The position numbers and the translations under genes are program-made. From Candidatus Latescibacterota bacterium (lineage in GTDB: Bacteria > Latescibacterota > CBDEFO01): a DNA stretch of 64,000 nt. Shown piece by piece: positions 50,048-60,190 of this stretch. How positions within the stretch are numbered: position 1 is the first letter of the stretch; every line of letters begins with the position of its first letter. Where the stretch lies: NCBI GenBank assembly GCA_965248755.1, contig OZ252149.1:3680001-3744000 (forward strand). The letters are read 5' to 3'. The notes beneath the pieces were generated by a model. It was not told the DNA's origin and made no database searches. It was given only the letters and a program-made list of their open reading frames with translations.

Positions 50048-52284
50048 TTAGGCAGAATGTGACTTGATCTTCAATCGCTCCCAGTAATTGCTCATGCTTA
50101 CATACGATTCCTTATCAACACTCTTCAAATACTTCAACCAACCACCTACAGAGTTTTCGCTTGTATACTTGCTGTCCTTGCTCAAGTCGAATAGGAGATG
50201 ATGCATAACAGCTCTCATTTGTCTTTTCTTCTTTCGCCCAATACCGATTTTGGGTTCAGAGCTATTCTTAACCAGCCCGGTGATCGAACTGTACTGCCCC
50301 CCAGAAAAGCGACATCAATTAAGCAACTTGGGGTAGCAGATAAAATTGTTTTCTCCACTCTTCCGGGGTCTTGTATCCCAGAGATGAATGAAGCCAGTTC
50401 TTGTTGTAATTATCGATCCACTGAGATATGATCTTCTCAGCTTGTTCAAAGGACTTGAAATTGTGAAGCCACACACACTCCTGCTTGAGGGTCCTGAAAA
50501 AACGTTCTATGACCCCGTTCCAATCGGCCTTTCCGCTCGGAATATATTCTTGACGAATGTCCCAATATTCGGTACTTGCCAAATAGGTCCGAGACAAAAA
50601 GATGGAGCCGTTGTCAGAGCGCAAAGTGAGACCCTGGGGGACAGCCTCCTTAGGAAGTGTATCGAGAGATCACGGCCCGATCCAGGGCATCTGTGGCCTC
50701 CAGTGCCCTCCCTTTTCGACTAAAACGATACCCGGGGAACCTCCCGACTCCCGTTGTCCACCACCGCAATAAGAGGACACCAACCATCTTCCCCACAATA
50801 GATCTTGGTCAAGTCAGCCGACCAGAGACTGTCAGGACGATCCATCACAGAACGCTTCTGGGCAACCTGTGGCCCCTTTCTCCCGGGGTCCCCGATTGAT
50901 TCTATCGGGGATTCCACAGCTTACACTGCCACCCCTTAAGCTTCATTATCCTATGAACCTTCTTGATGTTGACATATGCCCCTTCCTTGAAACGAAGATG
51001 CGCCCAAACCCGCCTGTGACCAAATGCCTCTTCTTGGTCGAGTATCCCTCGAATACGAAAAGCAAGCTGTTCATCTATCACAGACTCTTCGACAGAAGAA
51101 CTGACACCTCTATACCTAAGCCTACACAGAGTCGAACGATGCAAACCCAAAGCCAAAGCTACCACCTTCCGGGAATAGCCTCGACCCAAAAACCGCTCAC
51201 TCAAGGCAACCGCTTCGTTTTTTTTAGACGGGCTACCTCCTCGAGTATCTCCAACTGGAGGGTTAAGTGCCCTACCTTACGCTCCAACCGGCTGACCTCC
51301 CGCTCCTTCGCATCCTTGCGACCACGCCGAGACTTCAGACTCTCCTGGCCTCCTTCCAAGAAACTATCACGCCAAGCATACGCCTGTGACTGGCTAATTC
51401 CATTCTTCCAACACACCTCTGATACATTCGCTCCTTTCAAAACAGCCAACACCACCTCTACCTTACGGGTCGCCGTCCAGCGCTTACCATCTTTCACTTC
51501 GGGGCTTGACACCTTGACCTCCTTTCTCAAACCCCAATTTGCAAAATATTTGTCGCCCTGTCAAGGGGAGCGGTATGGAACATCTCTTTCTTGGGCCTAG
51601 GACCCTTAATTTATCAAGATTGAGTTTAAAGTGTTCCGACTTAATAATCTTCAAAACTATGGACAACGATTGGCAAAGCACTTTTGGATTATTTGAAGAG
51701 AAGGTTAAGTCATCTGCGTACCTAGTATATATAATATTTCTTCTCGATGTATAACCTGCAATTCTTCTATCAAGTTTCGCTGCAATTAGATTTGATAATG
51801 AGGGGGAAGTAACAGCACCCTGGGGTAAGTTGCCATCGCAAGTACAAAGATTGGCAAGAGTAGGGGCAGCCTTATTGGAATATCCAATGAGTGAGAACAC
51901 TTTTGCCACACGTCTTATCGAAATGGAAGGAAAAAAATCTTCTAGATCCAAACATATGAAGTATCTGTTGTTACTATGAGGAGATACATTCCCCAAAATG
52001 CCCCTTTGTAGAATGTAAGCCGTAGCATATGGGGAAGGACTTAGCTTATCTAGAATATTTCTGAGTATCCAAGCCTGTATTCCCTTCAAATCTTTTCTGG
52101 GTTGTCTGATTTCGCGCAAAGTACCATTCGATTTCGGTATCGAATACCTTTTGTAGTATCTGCGTGAAAACTCACTAAGCATTACAACCAGCCCTCTGTC
52201 AACGTGCATCAACTCTGCCAGTTCCTTTTGATCAGAGAACACAGGTAGATCCATTAGTCTCAACAGTGCGAAATTACTATTCAT
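50048..52284 (-). pseudogene. Retron reverse transcriptase interrupted by an IS3-family element (314 aa when reconstructed)
   Basis: LDLEDFFPSI, LPQGAVTSPSLSN, YTRYADDL; removing the IS and one GAAC restores RKRCSITGLVKN...GWLKYLKSVD...SHSA*. Confidence 0.92.
50290..51577 (-). mobile_element. IS3-family element, 1288 bp, 4-bp TSD GAAC; orfA 51201-51530, orfB broken
   Basis: Imperfect IRs TGTACTGCCCCCC...GCGACA / CATACCGCTCCCC...GCGACA; GAAC at 50286-50289 and 51578-51581; WSADLT, RSDNGS, IERFFRTLKQE DDE motifs in three frames. Confidence 0.88.
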
Positions 52285-52291
52285 TAGAATT

Positions 52292-52484
52292 TATGGGGCG
52301 AAACAAAAGTCACTTACTCAAAGCATCGCGCAGCGACATGAAATCACGACCTGATGTCGCCTTGAACGGTTTTCTTCAGAAAACCGTTCGAACAGTAATG
52401 GGTCAGTTTACATCCGGAGTGGCGAAACACCACTCAGCTCGTCAGATGACAAGCCTGACTAAGATCATTTTGTTTCACCCCATA
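52292..52484 (-). ncRNA. Retron msr-msd non-coding RNA
   Basis: 17-bp terminal inverted repeat (52292-52308 / 52468-52484, one G-U); CUUAG branch-G context (G at 52459); msr hairpins including GAGUGG-UGUUUCG-CCACUC; msd hairpins 52333-52360 and 52364-52389. Confidence 0.88.
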
Positions 52485-53370
52485 TTCTCCTATAATTCTT
52501 TCTGAGCGTTAAATTTAGAGCACCTAATCTGAGTTCGGTTAAGAATGACGAAAGTATTCGTGCGCTCTTCTGTGTCTTATTTGCGTACATCAGATTCTCT
52601 ATCCCTGCAAGGGTTGTGGACAGAACTCCTGAATTAAGCGATACTTTTCTTTCTCCGACTAAGCTGTTTATCGCCGTTTCTGCGGCAGTCGCTACAGTCT
52701 TTTCTTCAGTGTTCGCCAGTTTACTTGAGATCTCAATGATTGCAGCTCTTGGTATCGGCTCAAATACATAGATTAATGCCAAGTAGAATCTGTACGCAGA
52801 AATAGGATTCGATAAATCTCTTATTGGTGTAGCATGTTGCGCCACAGCACGTGAGGCATCCGCTATTTGCTTGACGACAGCCTCTAAATTGCTACTTTCC
52901 ATCGACAGATCAAGAACTCTGCTTTTGGTCTTCGTTCTCAGGTATCGAATTGGTCCAAGATTAATAAAGCTTTTCGCTCGAGCAAACTTTGGATTAATCA
53001 CAACAATCAGCTTGTCCCTTAACTTCTCGTGATTTGTAAACGCACCTAGTTCAGTGAAAGTTCCTGGACTTTGGAGTAGAATGACGACAGCATCTACACC
53101 ATTAGCTAGAAGATTTTCTAAAGTTAGCAAGTCGTGTTTTTGATGTCCAAGGATCAGCTCGATAAACATATCTTCCGGATAGTATATAGAATATCTGTAT
53201 TTAGAGACTATCCCGGATATTCCGTCACCAACATCTCTTCTAAATCTCGTTTCTTCTGAAGAACTGCCACCACAAAGAAAGATTGATACTTCCTTTCTGT
53301 CTTGGACTTCATCTAAGAAGAAGTTCCTTAACTGTTCTGCTACTTCCATAACCTTGGAATTCAAAATCAA
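52465..53370 (-). CDS. Retron effector, Ec86/St85-like (NDT-like domain plus probable winged helix)
   Basis: SIFLCGG, YPEDMF, LLTLENLLA, QSPGTFTELGAF, KSFINLGPIRYL; adjacent to msr-msd and RT. Confidence 0.85.
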   Translation of the reverse strand: MILNSKVMEVAEQLRNFFLDEVQDRKEVSIFLCGGSSSEETRFRRDVGDGISGIVSKYRYSIYYPEDMFIELILGHQKHDLLTLENLLANGVDAVVILLQSPGTFTELGAFTNHEKLRDKLIVVINPKFARAKSFINLGPIRYLRTKTKSRVLDLSMESSNLEAVVKQIADASRAVAQHATPIRDLSNPISAYRFYLALIYVFEPIPRAAIIEISSKLANTEEKTVATAAETAINSLVGERKVSLNSGVLSTTLAGIENLMYANKTQKSARILSSFLTELRLGALNLTLRKNYRRIWGETK

Positions 53371-53421
53371 AAATTCTCCGCTCTAATTGCAAAATGCCAG
53401 AGCACCGATAAGAATTGGTCT

Positions 53422-53553
53422 CTACTGAGCATACCCTGCATCAATATACGCGCTAACTTGCTTATTGTCAATCCAAAATACACCCTTAATCCCCCAAGGA
53501 TAAGCCACGTAACCATCAGGATGTTTTTCAACGATAATCTTGAATTGTCTCAT
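53422..53553 (-). pseudogene. Truncated HicB-like antitoxin N-terminus
   Basis: MRQFKIIVEKHPDGYVAYPWGIKGV then resemblance is lost; AGGAGG RBS. Confidence 0.55.
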
Positions 53554-53608
53554 AAGAATTCCCTCCTAACCTGTGATGACGTACTTGGCTTTGATCTTTA
53601 TCATTAGT

Positions 53609-54685
53609 TTAGATAGGTAAATGCACTAATCTCCCTTTTTCGCTCGACTCGTATGCGGCCTCCACAATCTCCATGACTCTTAGTGCGTCCTCTCCGCTGG
53701 AGGGAGATTCGACATCTCCCCTCATGGCAGCCCTTACAAACTGCCTCATAAACTCCAGTCCGTGCATGCTCCCATAAGCTTCACTATGGGCCATAGTATA
53801 GCTAAATTTCCGCACCGGAGCCGCTTTCCACTCATCTTTTGCGCTTTCTACTTTCAAGGACACCTCTGGGTTCTGGGGATCCCAGGATATGTTTCCCAAG
53901 TCTCCCTTGATAGTTATATATGTATCGTATGAGGCTCCGTAGTAGCCTGCTGCGCTGCTTGGGAGCATATATCCCGCCTGCATTGTCCCAAGTGCTCCAC
54001 TTCTGAACCTCATGGACACAGATGCCGTGTCCTCAACGTCTATATCTTGGCCGCCCAGGGTCGCCACGATGGCCGAGACGGCTTCAACTTCGTCCTGGAG
54101 CATAAACCTCATCTGATCGAACCAGTGGCAGCCAAGCCACGATAGTATCCCTCCTCCTGAGATGCTCTTTTTGAAGAGCCAGTGCGTGGGATCTCGAAAC
54201 TTGACCTGAGATGTGACCATTCTGGCCTCCATGGCCATAATCCTACCTAAATAGCCCTCCTCTACCAATCTCCTTATCTCTTTGCACAACGGATGAGATC
54301 GCCACGGATAGCACACGCCCATGCAGACTCCTGATTTATTGACCTCTTCAATATTTCGCCTTATGGTCCGGGAGTTATTAGCGGTTGGCTTTTCCGCCAT
54401 GATGTGCTTTTTTGCCTCTGCCGCTTTAAAGATAGCATCTCCGGCCACCTCATTCCTGAGGGCGACAAAGATCATATCAACGTCGTCTCTTTCCAGAAGG
54501 GAATCCAGATCGGTGTAGACATCCTCCACCTTTAATCCGAATTCATCTCGGAACTTAACCAAGTCCTTCTCGTTCTCATCGTAGAGGATGATGGACTCCA
54601 CCTCGTCCATAAGGTCGAGCGTCGTTTTGTGCCCGTGCGAATGCGGATGTGTAACGCCTAAGAGTCCGACCTTTATTCTGGACAA
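53609..54685 (-). CDS. Gfo/Idh/MocA oxidoreductase
   Basis: HIMAEKP, GGGILSWLGCHWFD, VEDTA, AAYESS. Confidence 0.9.
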   Translation of the reverse strand: MSRIKVGLLGVTHPHSHGHKTTLDLMDEVESIILYDENEKDLVKFRDEFGLKVEDVYTDLDSLLERDDVDMIFVALRNEVAGDAIFKAAEAKKHIMAEKPTANNSRTIRRNIEEVNKSGVCMGVCYPWRSHPLCKEIRRLVEEGYLGRIMAMEARMVTSQVKFRDPTHWLFKKSISGGGILSWLGCHWFDQMRFMLQDEVEAVSAIVATLGGQDIDVEDTASVSMRFRSGALGTMQAGYMLPSSAAGYYGASYDTYITIKGDLGNISWDPQNPEVSLKVESAKDEWKAAPVRKFSYTMAHSEAYGSMHGLEFMRQFVRAAMRGDVESPSSGEDALRVMEIVEAAYESSEKGRLVHLPI

Positions 54686-54796
54686 TTCTCCTTCCTTTCA
54701 GACAATTGTCAGATAGGAATGTCTGACCAACCAAGTGGTAGGGTAGGACAGACATTTTGTCTGTCCTTGTACTGACTCGGCACATGGGGTTCGCCC

Positions 54797-56038
54797 CTAG
54801 TTTAGCCTCTCTACCAAAATATCCTTTATCGTCTCATACTCGGCTTCCACCGGTTCTGTCTCTATATTTACAGGTTCGCTTTTGAGCCCTGTCTCGCTGA
54901 CTATGCATGCGACTGTGGAATCTTTGGGGATCGTGCCTTCGTCCAAGAGATTCTTCAGCACGGCTAAAGATACACAACCTGTGGGTCCCGCCCAGATGCC
55001 CTCGCTTTGGGCTAATGTCCTCTGCATCTTCAGTATCTCCTCATCTGAGGCATCCGCTGCAACGCCGCTTTCTGAGCGCAGTATTTCCAGCACGCGATCT
55101 CCCTTTCGCTCAGGGTCGCCCACAGCCATGCCCTCTGCGACTGTGTAGCCTATATCCTGCTTTATTATCTTCCCGCCCTCTGCAAACGCCCTCACGATGG
55201 GATTAGCCCTTTTTGCCTGAGCGCAGACCATCCTGGGCATCTTGTCTATCCAGCCTATGTCCAGCCACTCTTTGAGTCCTCTCCAGCTTGCGATGAAGGT
55301 CTCTCCGACTGCCACAGGGCACACTAAATAGTCGGGCATAGAGCCTTCCACCTGCTCGGCTATTTCGTATGCTATGGTCTTTTTACCCTCCTGCTTGTAA
55401 GGGTTTCGAGTGGCAGAACAGTCAAATATCGGGAGCTCCTCGACAATTCTGTCGTAAATCCTTATCATATTGTCGTAGCCTCCCCTGTAGATTATCATAT
55501 CTGTGGCGCAGGCGTCCATATGATTCATCTTGGGCATCGCGCTCTTCTCGTAGCAGAAGATAAAGGAGCTTATGCCTGCTCTGGATGAGTAGGAAGCGAC
55601 AGACGACCCGGCGTTGCCTGTGCTCACCACAGCCGCCGCTCCAAAGCCGAACTGGAGGGCGGCGGCTACTGCGGTTGCGGAGGATCTGTCTTTGACTGTT
55701 CCCGTGGGATTCGTGCCATCGAATTTTATTAAAAGTCTCTCAACTTCAAATGTCCTGGCCAGATGGGAACACTCCAGGAGGGGAGTTCTTCCCTCCCCTA
55801 AACTCACGAAGTTGGCAGGATCGTCTATCGGCAAGAATGCCGCATATCTCCAGATGCCTTCGCCGGAAAGTTGGAACTTAGATAGTCCGCTCAAGCCCTT
55901 AATATCGTAGGCTATCTCCAAAAGCCCGCCGCATCTCCCACACTCCAATATGTATTCCTTGGGGTAGGCCTTTCCACACTTGCTGCACTTCAGCTCCACT
56001 GCGTAAGAGACGCTGGAGCCTCCTTTGAACTCTGACAT
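54797..56038 (-). CDS. Threonine synthase-like PLP enzyme
   Basis: LGEGRTPL, NPTGTVKDR, STGNAG, EGKKTIAYE. Confidence 0.85.
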   Translation of the reverse strand: MSEFKGGSSVSYAVELKCSKCGKAYPKEYILECGRCGGLLEIAYDIKGLSGLSKFQLSGEGIWRYAAFLPIDDPANFVSLGEGRTPLLECSHLARTFEVERLLIKFDGTNPTGTVKDRSSATAVAAALQFGFGAAAVVSTGNAGSSVASYSSRAGISSFIFCYEKSAMPKMNHMDACATDMIIYRGGYDNMIRIYDRIVEELPIFDCSATRNPYKQEGKKTIAYEIAEQVEGSMPDYLVCPVAVGETFIASWRGLKEWLDIGWIDKMPRMVCAQAKRANPIVRAFAEGGKIIKQDIGYTVAEGMAVGDPERKGDRVLEILRSESGVAADASDEEILKMQRTLAQSEGIWAGPTGCVSLAVLKNLLDEGTIPKDSTVACIVSETGLKSEPVNIETEPVEAEYETIKDILVERLN

Positions 56039-56387
56039 AGCCTCTTCCGGATATTAAATCAGTAGACGGTAGCCCCCGAATGATTCTATCGGGGATCGGG
56101 GGTAGGGAGGGACTCCTCCGTCCTCCATCTATGCTACCCACTTTTTTTCACAGTGTCAAGACTTTTTTCACAGTTGGGCTTGGAAAGTGTAAATCTCACT
56201 GAAAAAATGACCTGAAGAGACAGCAACTCGGCTCTTTCGCGAACCGACAGTCACTCGCTTACACTTTTAGAACTTGACAGAAGGAAGGAAATTCATTGCA
56301 TTGTAAGGCAGTTATCTATACAGAGGAGCACTATCTTGCTTAGTGCAGACGCTCTGGTCTGCCCCCATACAAAAAAGGAGTGCAAAA

Positions 56388-57654
56388 ATGGCTGTCGAGT
56401 CCGCAGGGTCCAGTGCAGCAGGTGACCCCCATAATGGACGCAGCAAGAATGGTAAAGGTGAACAGTTCTCCAAGATGCCCATAGACTCAGTCTTGTCGCT
56501 GGATGGTCTGTCCGACAGGGCAAAGCTTGTGTATGCTGCTATCCAAAAGTGGGACTGGGGGCAAGGATGTTTTGCAGGGCACAAGAATATAGCCGAAGTC
56601 CTCAGAAGGTCTGAAAGCACTGTAAAAAGGGGAGTCAAGGAACTCAAAGACTCAGGACTTGTAACTATAAAATATGAAGGTCGCGGTCTCAATGCAGCGA
56701 TTTATGTCCTGCAAGATCAAGACAGGTCAGATGTGACCTCTCAAGATCAAGACAGGTCAGATGTGACCTCTCAAGATCAAGACAGGTCAGATGTGACCGC
56801 TCAAGATCAAGACAGGTCAGATGTGACCTCTCAAGATCAAGACAGATCAGATGTGACCCATCTAGACAGCTCAGATGTGACCTCTCTAAACAGGTTAGAT
56901 CTGACCTATCCTTACAATATAACAGACGACTTGGAAATAGACGACTTAGAAACAGACGACACACCTCATGCATGCGGTGATGCTGGCGGTGATAATGACT
57001 TCTCAAAAAGCAAAAGGGAAATAGTCATCCAGTTCTACAGAAAACTTGATCTGCCAGAGGTGTCCAAGAGCTATATAAAGCTTGGCATAAGGCTCATAAC
57101 TAGGCTTGAGAGGCAGGGATACAGTCTTGAGCAAATAGATCTATGCCGCAAGCTGGACACTGGATAATTGCCTTCCAAAGCACTTCGGGCTAGTTGCGCA
57201 TACGATCGGTGAGGCATTGGCGGAAAGGCACAGAAATATCGAACAGGAGCGCATAAGACAGGAACAAATAGTGCGAGAGGAGGAACGTAAGATAGCTCAA
57301 GACGCCAAGCTGCAGGAAGAAGCACAAGAAAGGAATAGAATAATTGACCGATCTCCATACAAAAAGGAGTGGGATCGCTACAGGGAGCTGATTAGAGCGG
57401 AGATTAAGCATCAGTCATACATGACGTGGTTTACTGGGCTTTACATAGATGAGTTATCCGACGGACAGGTAACTTTGAATGTCCCTCACAGGTTCATGGC
57501 TGACTTCATAGGAGAAAATTACGACAAATTGCTAAGGGATATATTCCAGAGAGACGTGAAGCTTCAATTAGAGAGTAGCCCCCGCTCCCCCCCGATAGAA
57601 TCATTCGGGGGCAGCGAAGCCTCTGAGATTGCTTCGTCAGACAGGAATGTCTGA
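56388..57654 (+). pseudogene. HTH + DnaA-N-domain replication initiator-like gene, frameshift at about 57141
   Basis: LSDRAKLVY...IAEVLRRSESTVKRGVKELKDSGLV HTH; removing one base gives EQIDYAASWTLDNCLPKHFGLV...; C-terminal SYMTWFTGLYI...VTLNVPHRFMADFIGENY resembles DnaA domain I. Confidence 0.65.
56712..56909 (+). repeat. Intragenic tandem array: five 30-bp and two 24-bp units with palindromic core AGGTCA-GATG-TGACCT
   Basis: CAAGATCAAGACAGGTCAGATGTGACCTCT units start at 56712, 56742, 56772, 56802, 56832; degenerate units at 56862 and 56886. Confidence 0.95.
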
Positions 57655-57850
57655 CCCACCACAAGAGTGTGTTGATAATGTGGTTGGTAGGACAGACATT
57701 TTTGTCTGTCCATTTGCGGAATGTCTGAAGGCCCAAGCCAAGCAACGTCATTGCAAACCCCTCTGTGTCATTGCGAGCTAAGCGAAGCAATCCCCGATTG
57801 AATCTATCGGGGACAAGGGATGGGAGGCGGTGCCCCTGTCTACTTGTCTA

Positions 57851-60028
57851 TCAGACCAACCCCTTTCTCCTCCTTATGCTCCACTCGACTGTCAAAAGCG
57901 CAATGAGGAGGATCAAAAGGTACGGTCTTCTGTAGAGTCTGCTTTCTTCCTTGCGCTCCTTATGGCGTTCTTTGAGTTGCAGATCGGTCTTTATCTCGTG
58001 GAAAGTTTCTCTTGTGTAGAACTTACCGCCGCTGGCATAGGCCACTCCTTCGAGGAGTTCTTTATTCATCCTTGTGCTCTGGAATTCGAGGCTGTACCTG
58101 TCCACTGTGAACTCTCCGGAATCTTCTCCTATCGTTCCAGTAGGTGTGGAGGCGGTTGCTTTGAATTCGTAGTTTCCTGGCCCAAGTCCGCTTATGACTC
58201 TGCGATATACGCCATCTTCGTCTTCATTGAAGGTACCTGGGAAGGTACCTGGCAGATCTATCAGCTGAGATTTCGGGCCTTCTATTTTGACCTGAACTTC
58301 TACCCCGACCTGGGGCTGTAAAGCCTCGTCGTAGACGTGGGCAGAGAAGGTCACCTCCTCTCCTCCTGTGTAGATTAAGCGGTCGGTCTCCACGCGCACG
58401 CGGCGGGATGAATTCTTCGCCATAAGCCATCTTACGGCGTTTCCATAGAGTCTTTGGAGGGGGGCGTTGGTGGCGCCGATCCCCCACATCATAAAGTCGA
58501 ATCGCCACAAGGAGGAGGCCGATATAAGACAGGTCTTCCCGAGGCCGTACTCTCCGACAGCAATAATGGGTATTTTTAGAGAGGGATGTACAGCAAGGGC
58601 TGTAGCCTTGGGCCTTAAGCCTGAATTGTTGTTCCACCCCAAAAGGGGAGGGAGGTCTCTCCATATCTCGTTGTTCTCCTCGGGATCGTCGGAGAACCTT
58701 GTAACTGCGTGGTTACTCCCGGCCGGTGTGATTTCAAGATGGAATTTGCCCTCCTGAAAGGACGGTGAAGCTGTGTACGTCACAACGGGCAGGAGAGCGT
58801 TCAGGGGAGATTGGAGAAAGTCCCTGTCCAGTGTCCTGTGCCCTCCGACAAAAAGGATACCTTTGCCCGATCTTACAAAGTCCTTAAGGAGCGTCTCTCT
58901 TTCTCCTTTTAGGGCCTCCCTCGGGACGTCCATAAGGATGGCAAGATCGAAGGCCGCCATCTCTCCTGTTGATTTTGGGAAGCCTCCCCGGTAGAAGGCT
59001 CTCTGATTCTTCAGGATCAGGACATAAAGGTCGAGGCTCTCGTCATTCTGGAGGAATCGCTTCAAAAAGGCGAGGTCAAAACTGGGTTCCCCGGCTATCA
59101 AGAGTATCTTTATTTTGCTTTTGAGGACTTCGACAGCTATCTCTAATGCGTTGTTTTCAAATGATATTTCACTATCCAGGAGTGGGAGTCCGACCGTGTA
59201 TCTGTGGAGGCCGGGCTTTTTAGGTTTGATCTTAAGCTCAACGGTCTGTTCCATCCCGCCTCCGGTAAGTTTGATGCTTTTTTCCCGAACGAGCACCCCG
59301 TCCTCCGATACGGTGACCGGGACTTCGAGGTCCTTGTAGCCTGATCCGCCCACAGTCACCACTATAGGCAGTTCTTTGCCTGTGTAGCTGAAGTCTCTGT
59401 AGGAGATTTTCTCTATCTTGATATCCTTTTGTTCTTCGGGGCTGCCTATCCCGAGGGTATACACGGGGACTTGGATCTTGTCGGCTGTTTTGACGGGATC
59501 CTCTCCGAGGTTGTGTCCTCCGTCTGAAAGGAGTATAATTGCCCTTGTGGGTTCTTCCATCTGCTGGAGATTCAGGGCCTTCGCGATGTCTGTGCCCCTC
59601 CCATCTGTCCTGATGGAGTCAAAGGGAGTTGTGGCCAGGGCATCCAGCCTGTTGGCAAAGGTAAAAAGTTTCATATCGGATCTGCTGCGCAGTTCTTCCA
59701 CAACCGGTCCTTTCAAGATTGAAAGGAGGGTCTCCAGGCGGTCGCCTGAGGCATCTTTGAGGCCCATGCTTTCGCTTGTGTCTATTAAGAGTACTGTCTC
59801 AGGCAGTTTCGTCTCCCTGAAGGTGAGGGATAGTATGGGCTCTGTAAGGAGGACAATGAGGATACAGAGCGTCGATGTCCTTATGATTCCTAAAGTCTTC
59901 CTCAAGCGTGAAGAAGTGGGGGGATTTGTCCTCTTGTAGAGCACATAGCCTCCCAAAGCGGCGATAGGCAGCAGGAGCAGGAACAGGTGATCGCCTAAGA
60001 GCTGGATGTCAAAAGATGAAATATCCAT
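57851..60028 (-). CDS. Membrane-anchored vWA + glutamine-amidotransferase-like domain protein
   Basis: IDTSESM MIDAS, GTDI, LSDGGHN, C-terminal EWSIRRRKGL. Confidence 0.8.
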   Translation of the reverse strand: MDISSFDIQLLGDHLFLLLLPIAALGGYVLYKRTNPPTSSRLRKTLGIIRTSTLCILIVLLTEPILSLTFRETKLPETVLLIDTSESMGLKDASGDRLETLLSILKGPVVEELRSRSDMKLFTFANRLDALATTPFDSIRTDGRGTDIAKALNLQQMEEPTRAIILLSDGGHNLGEDPVKTADKIQVPVYTLGIGSPEEQKDIKIEKISYRDFSYTGKELPIVVTVGGSGYKDLEVPVTVSEDGVLVREKSIKLTGGGMEQTVELKIKPKKPGLHRYTVGLPLLDSEISFENNALEIAVEVLKSKIKILLIAGEPSFDLAFLKRFLQNDESLDLYVLILKNQRAFYRGGFPKSTGEMAAFDLAILMDVPREALKGERETLLKDFVRSGKGILFVGGHRTLDRDFLQSPLNALLPVVTYTASPSFQEGKFHLEITPAGSNHAVTRFSDDPEENNEIWRDLPPLLGWNNNSGLRPKATALAVHPSLKIPIIAVGEYGLGKTCLISASSLWRFDFMMWGIGATNAPLQRLYGNAVRWLMAKNSSRRVRVETDRLIYTGGEEVTFSAHVYDEALQPQVGVEVQVKIEGPKSQLIDLPGTFPGTFNEDEDGVYRRVISGLGPGNYEFKATASTPTGTIGEDSGEFTVDRYSLEFQSTRMNKELLEGVAYASGGKFYTRETFHEIKTDLQLKERHKERKEESRLYRRPYLLILLIALLTVEWSIRRRKGLV

Positions 60029-60190
60029 AAGTATCGTAGACAGCAAACAGTAGACAGGGGGCACCGCCTCCCTTCCCTTGTCCCAGATAGAATCAATCGG
60101 GGGTAGCGAAGCAGTCTGGCCTGATACCACCTGGTGGGTCAGACATTCTTGTCTGACACTTACAAGATAAGATAAAATAGAGGTTCGGTC

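Noticed and set aside
51484..52284. Group II intron, DGR or Abi reverse transcriptase
   Set aside because: Short RT with an ITG motif, adjacent msr-msd and a retron effector; no maturase domain or TR/VR pair seen
56712..56909. CRISPR array
   Set aside because: Units are head-to-tail with no unique spacers, are in frame within a CDS, and no cas genes are present
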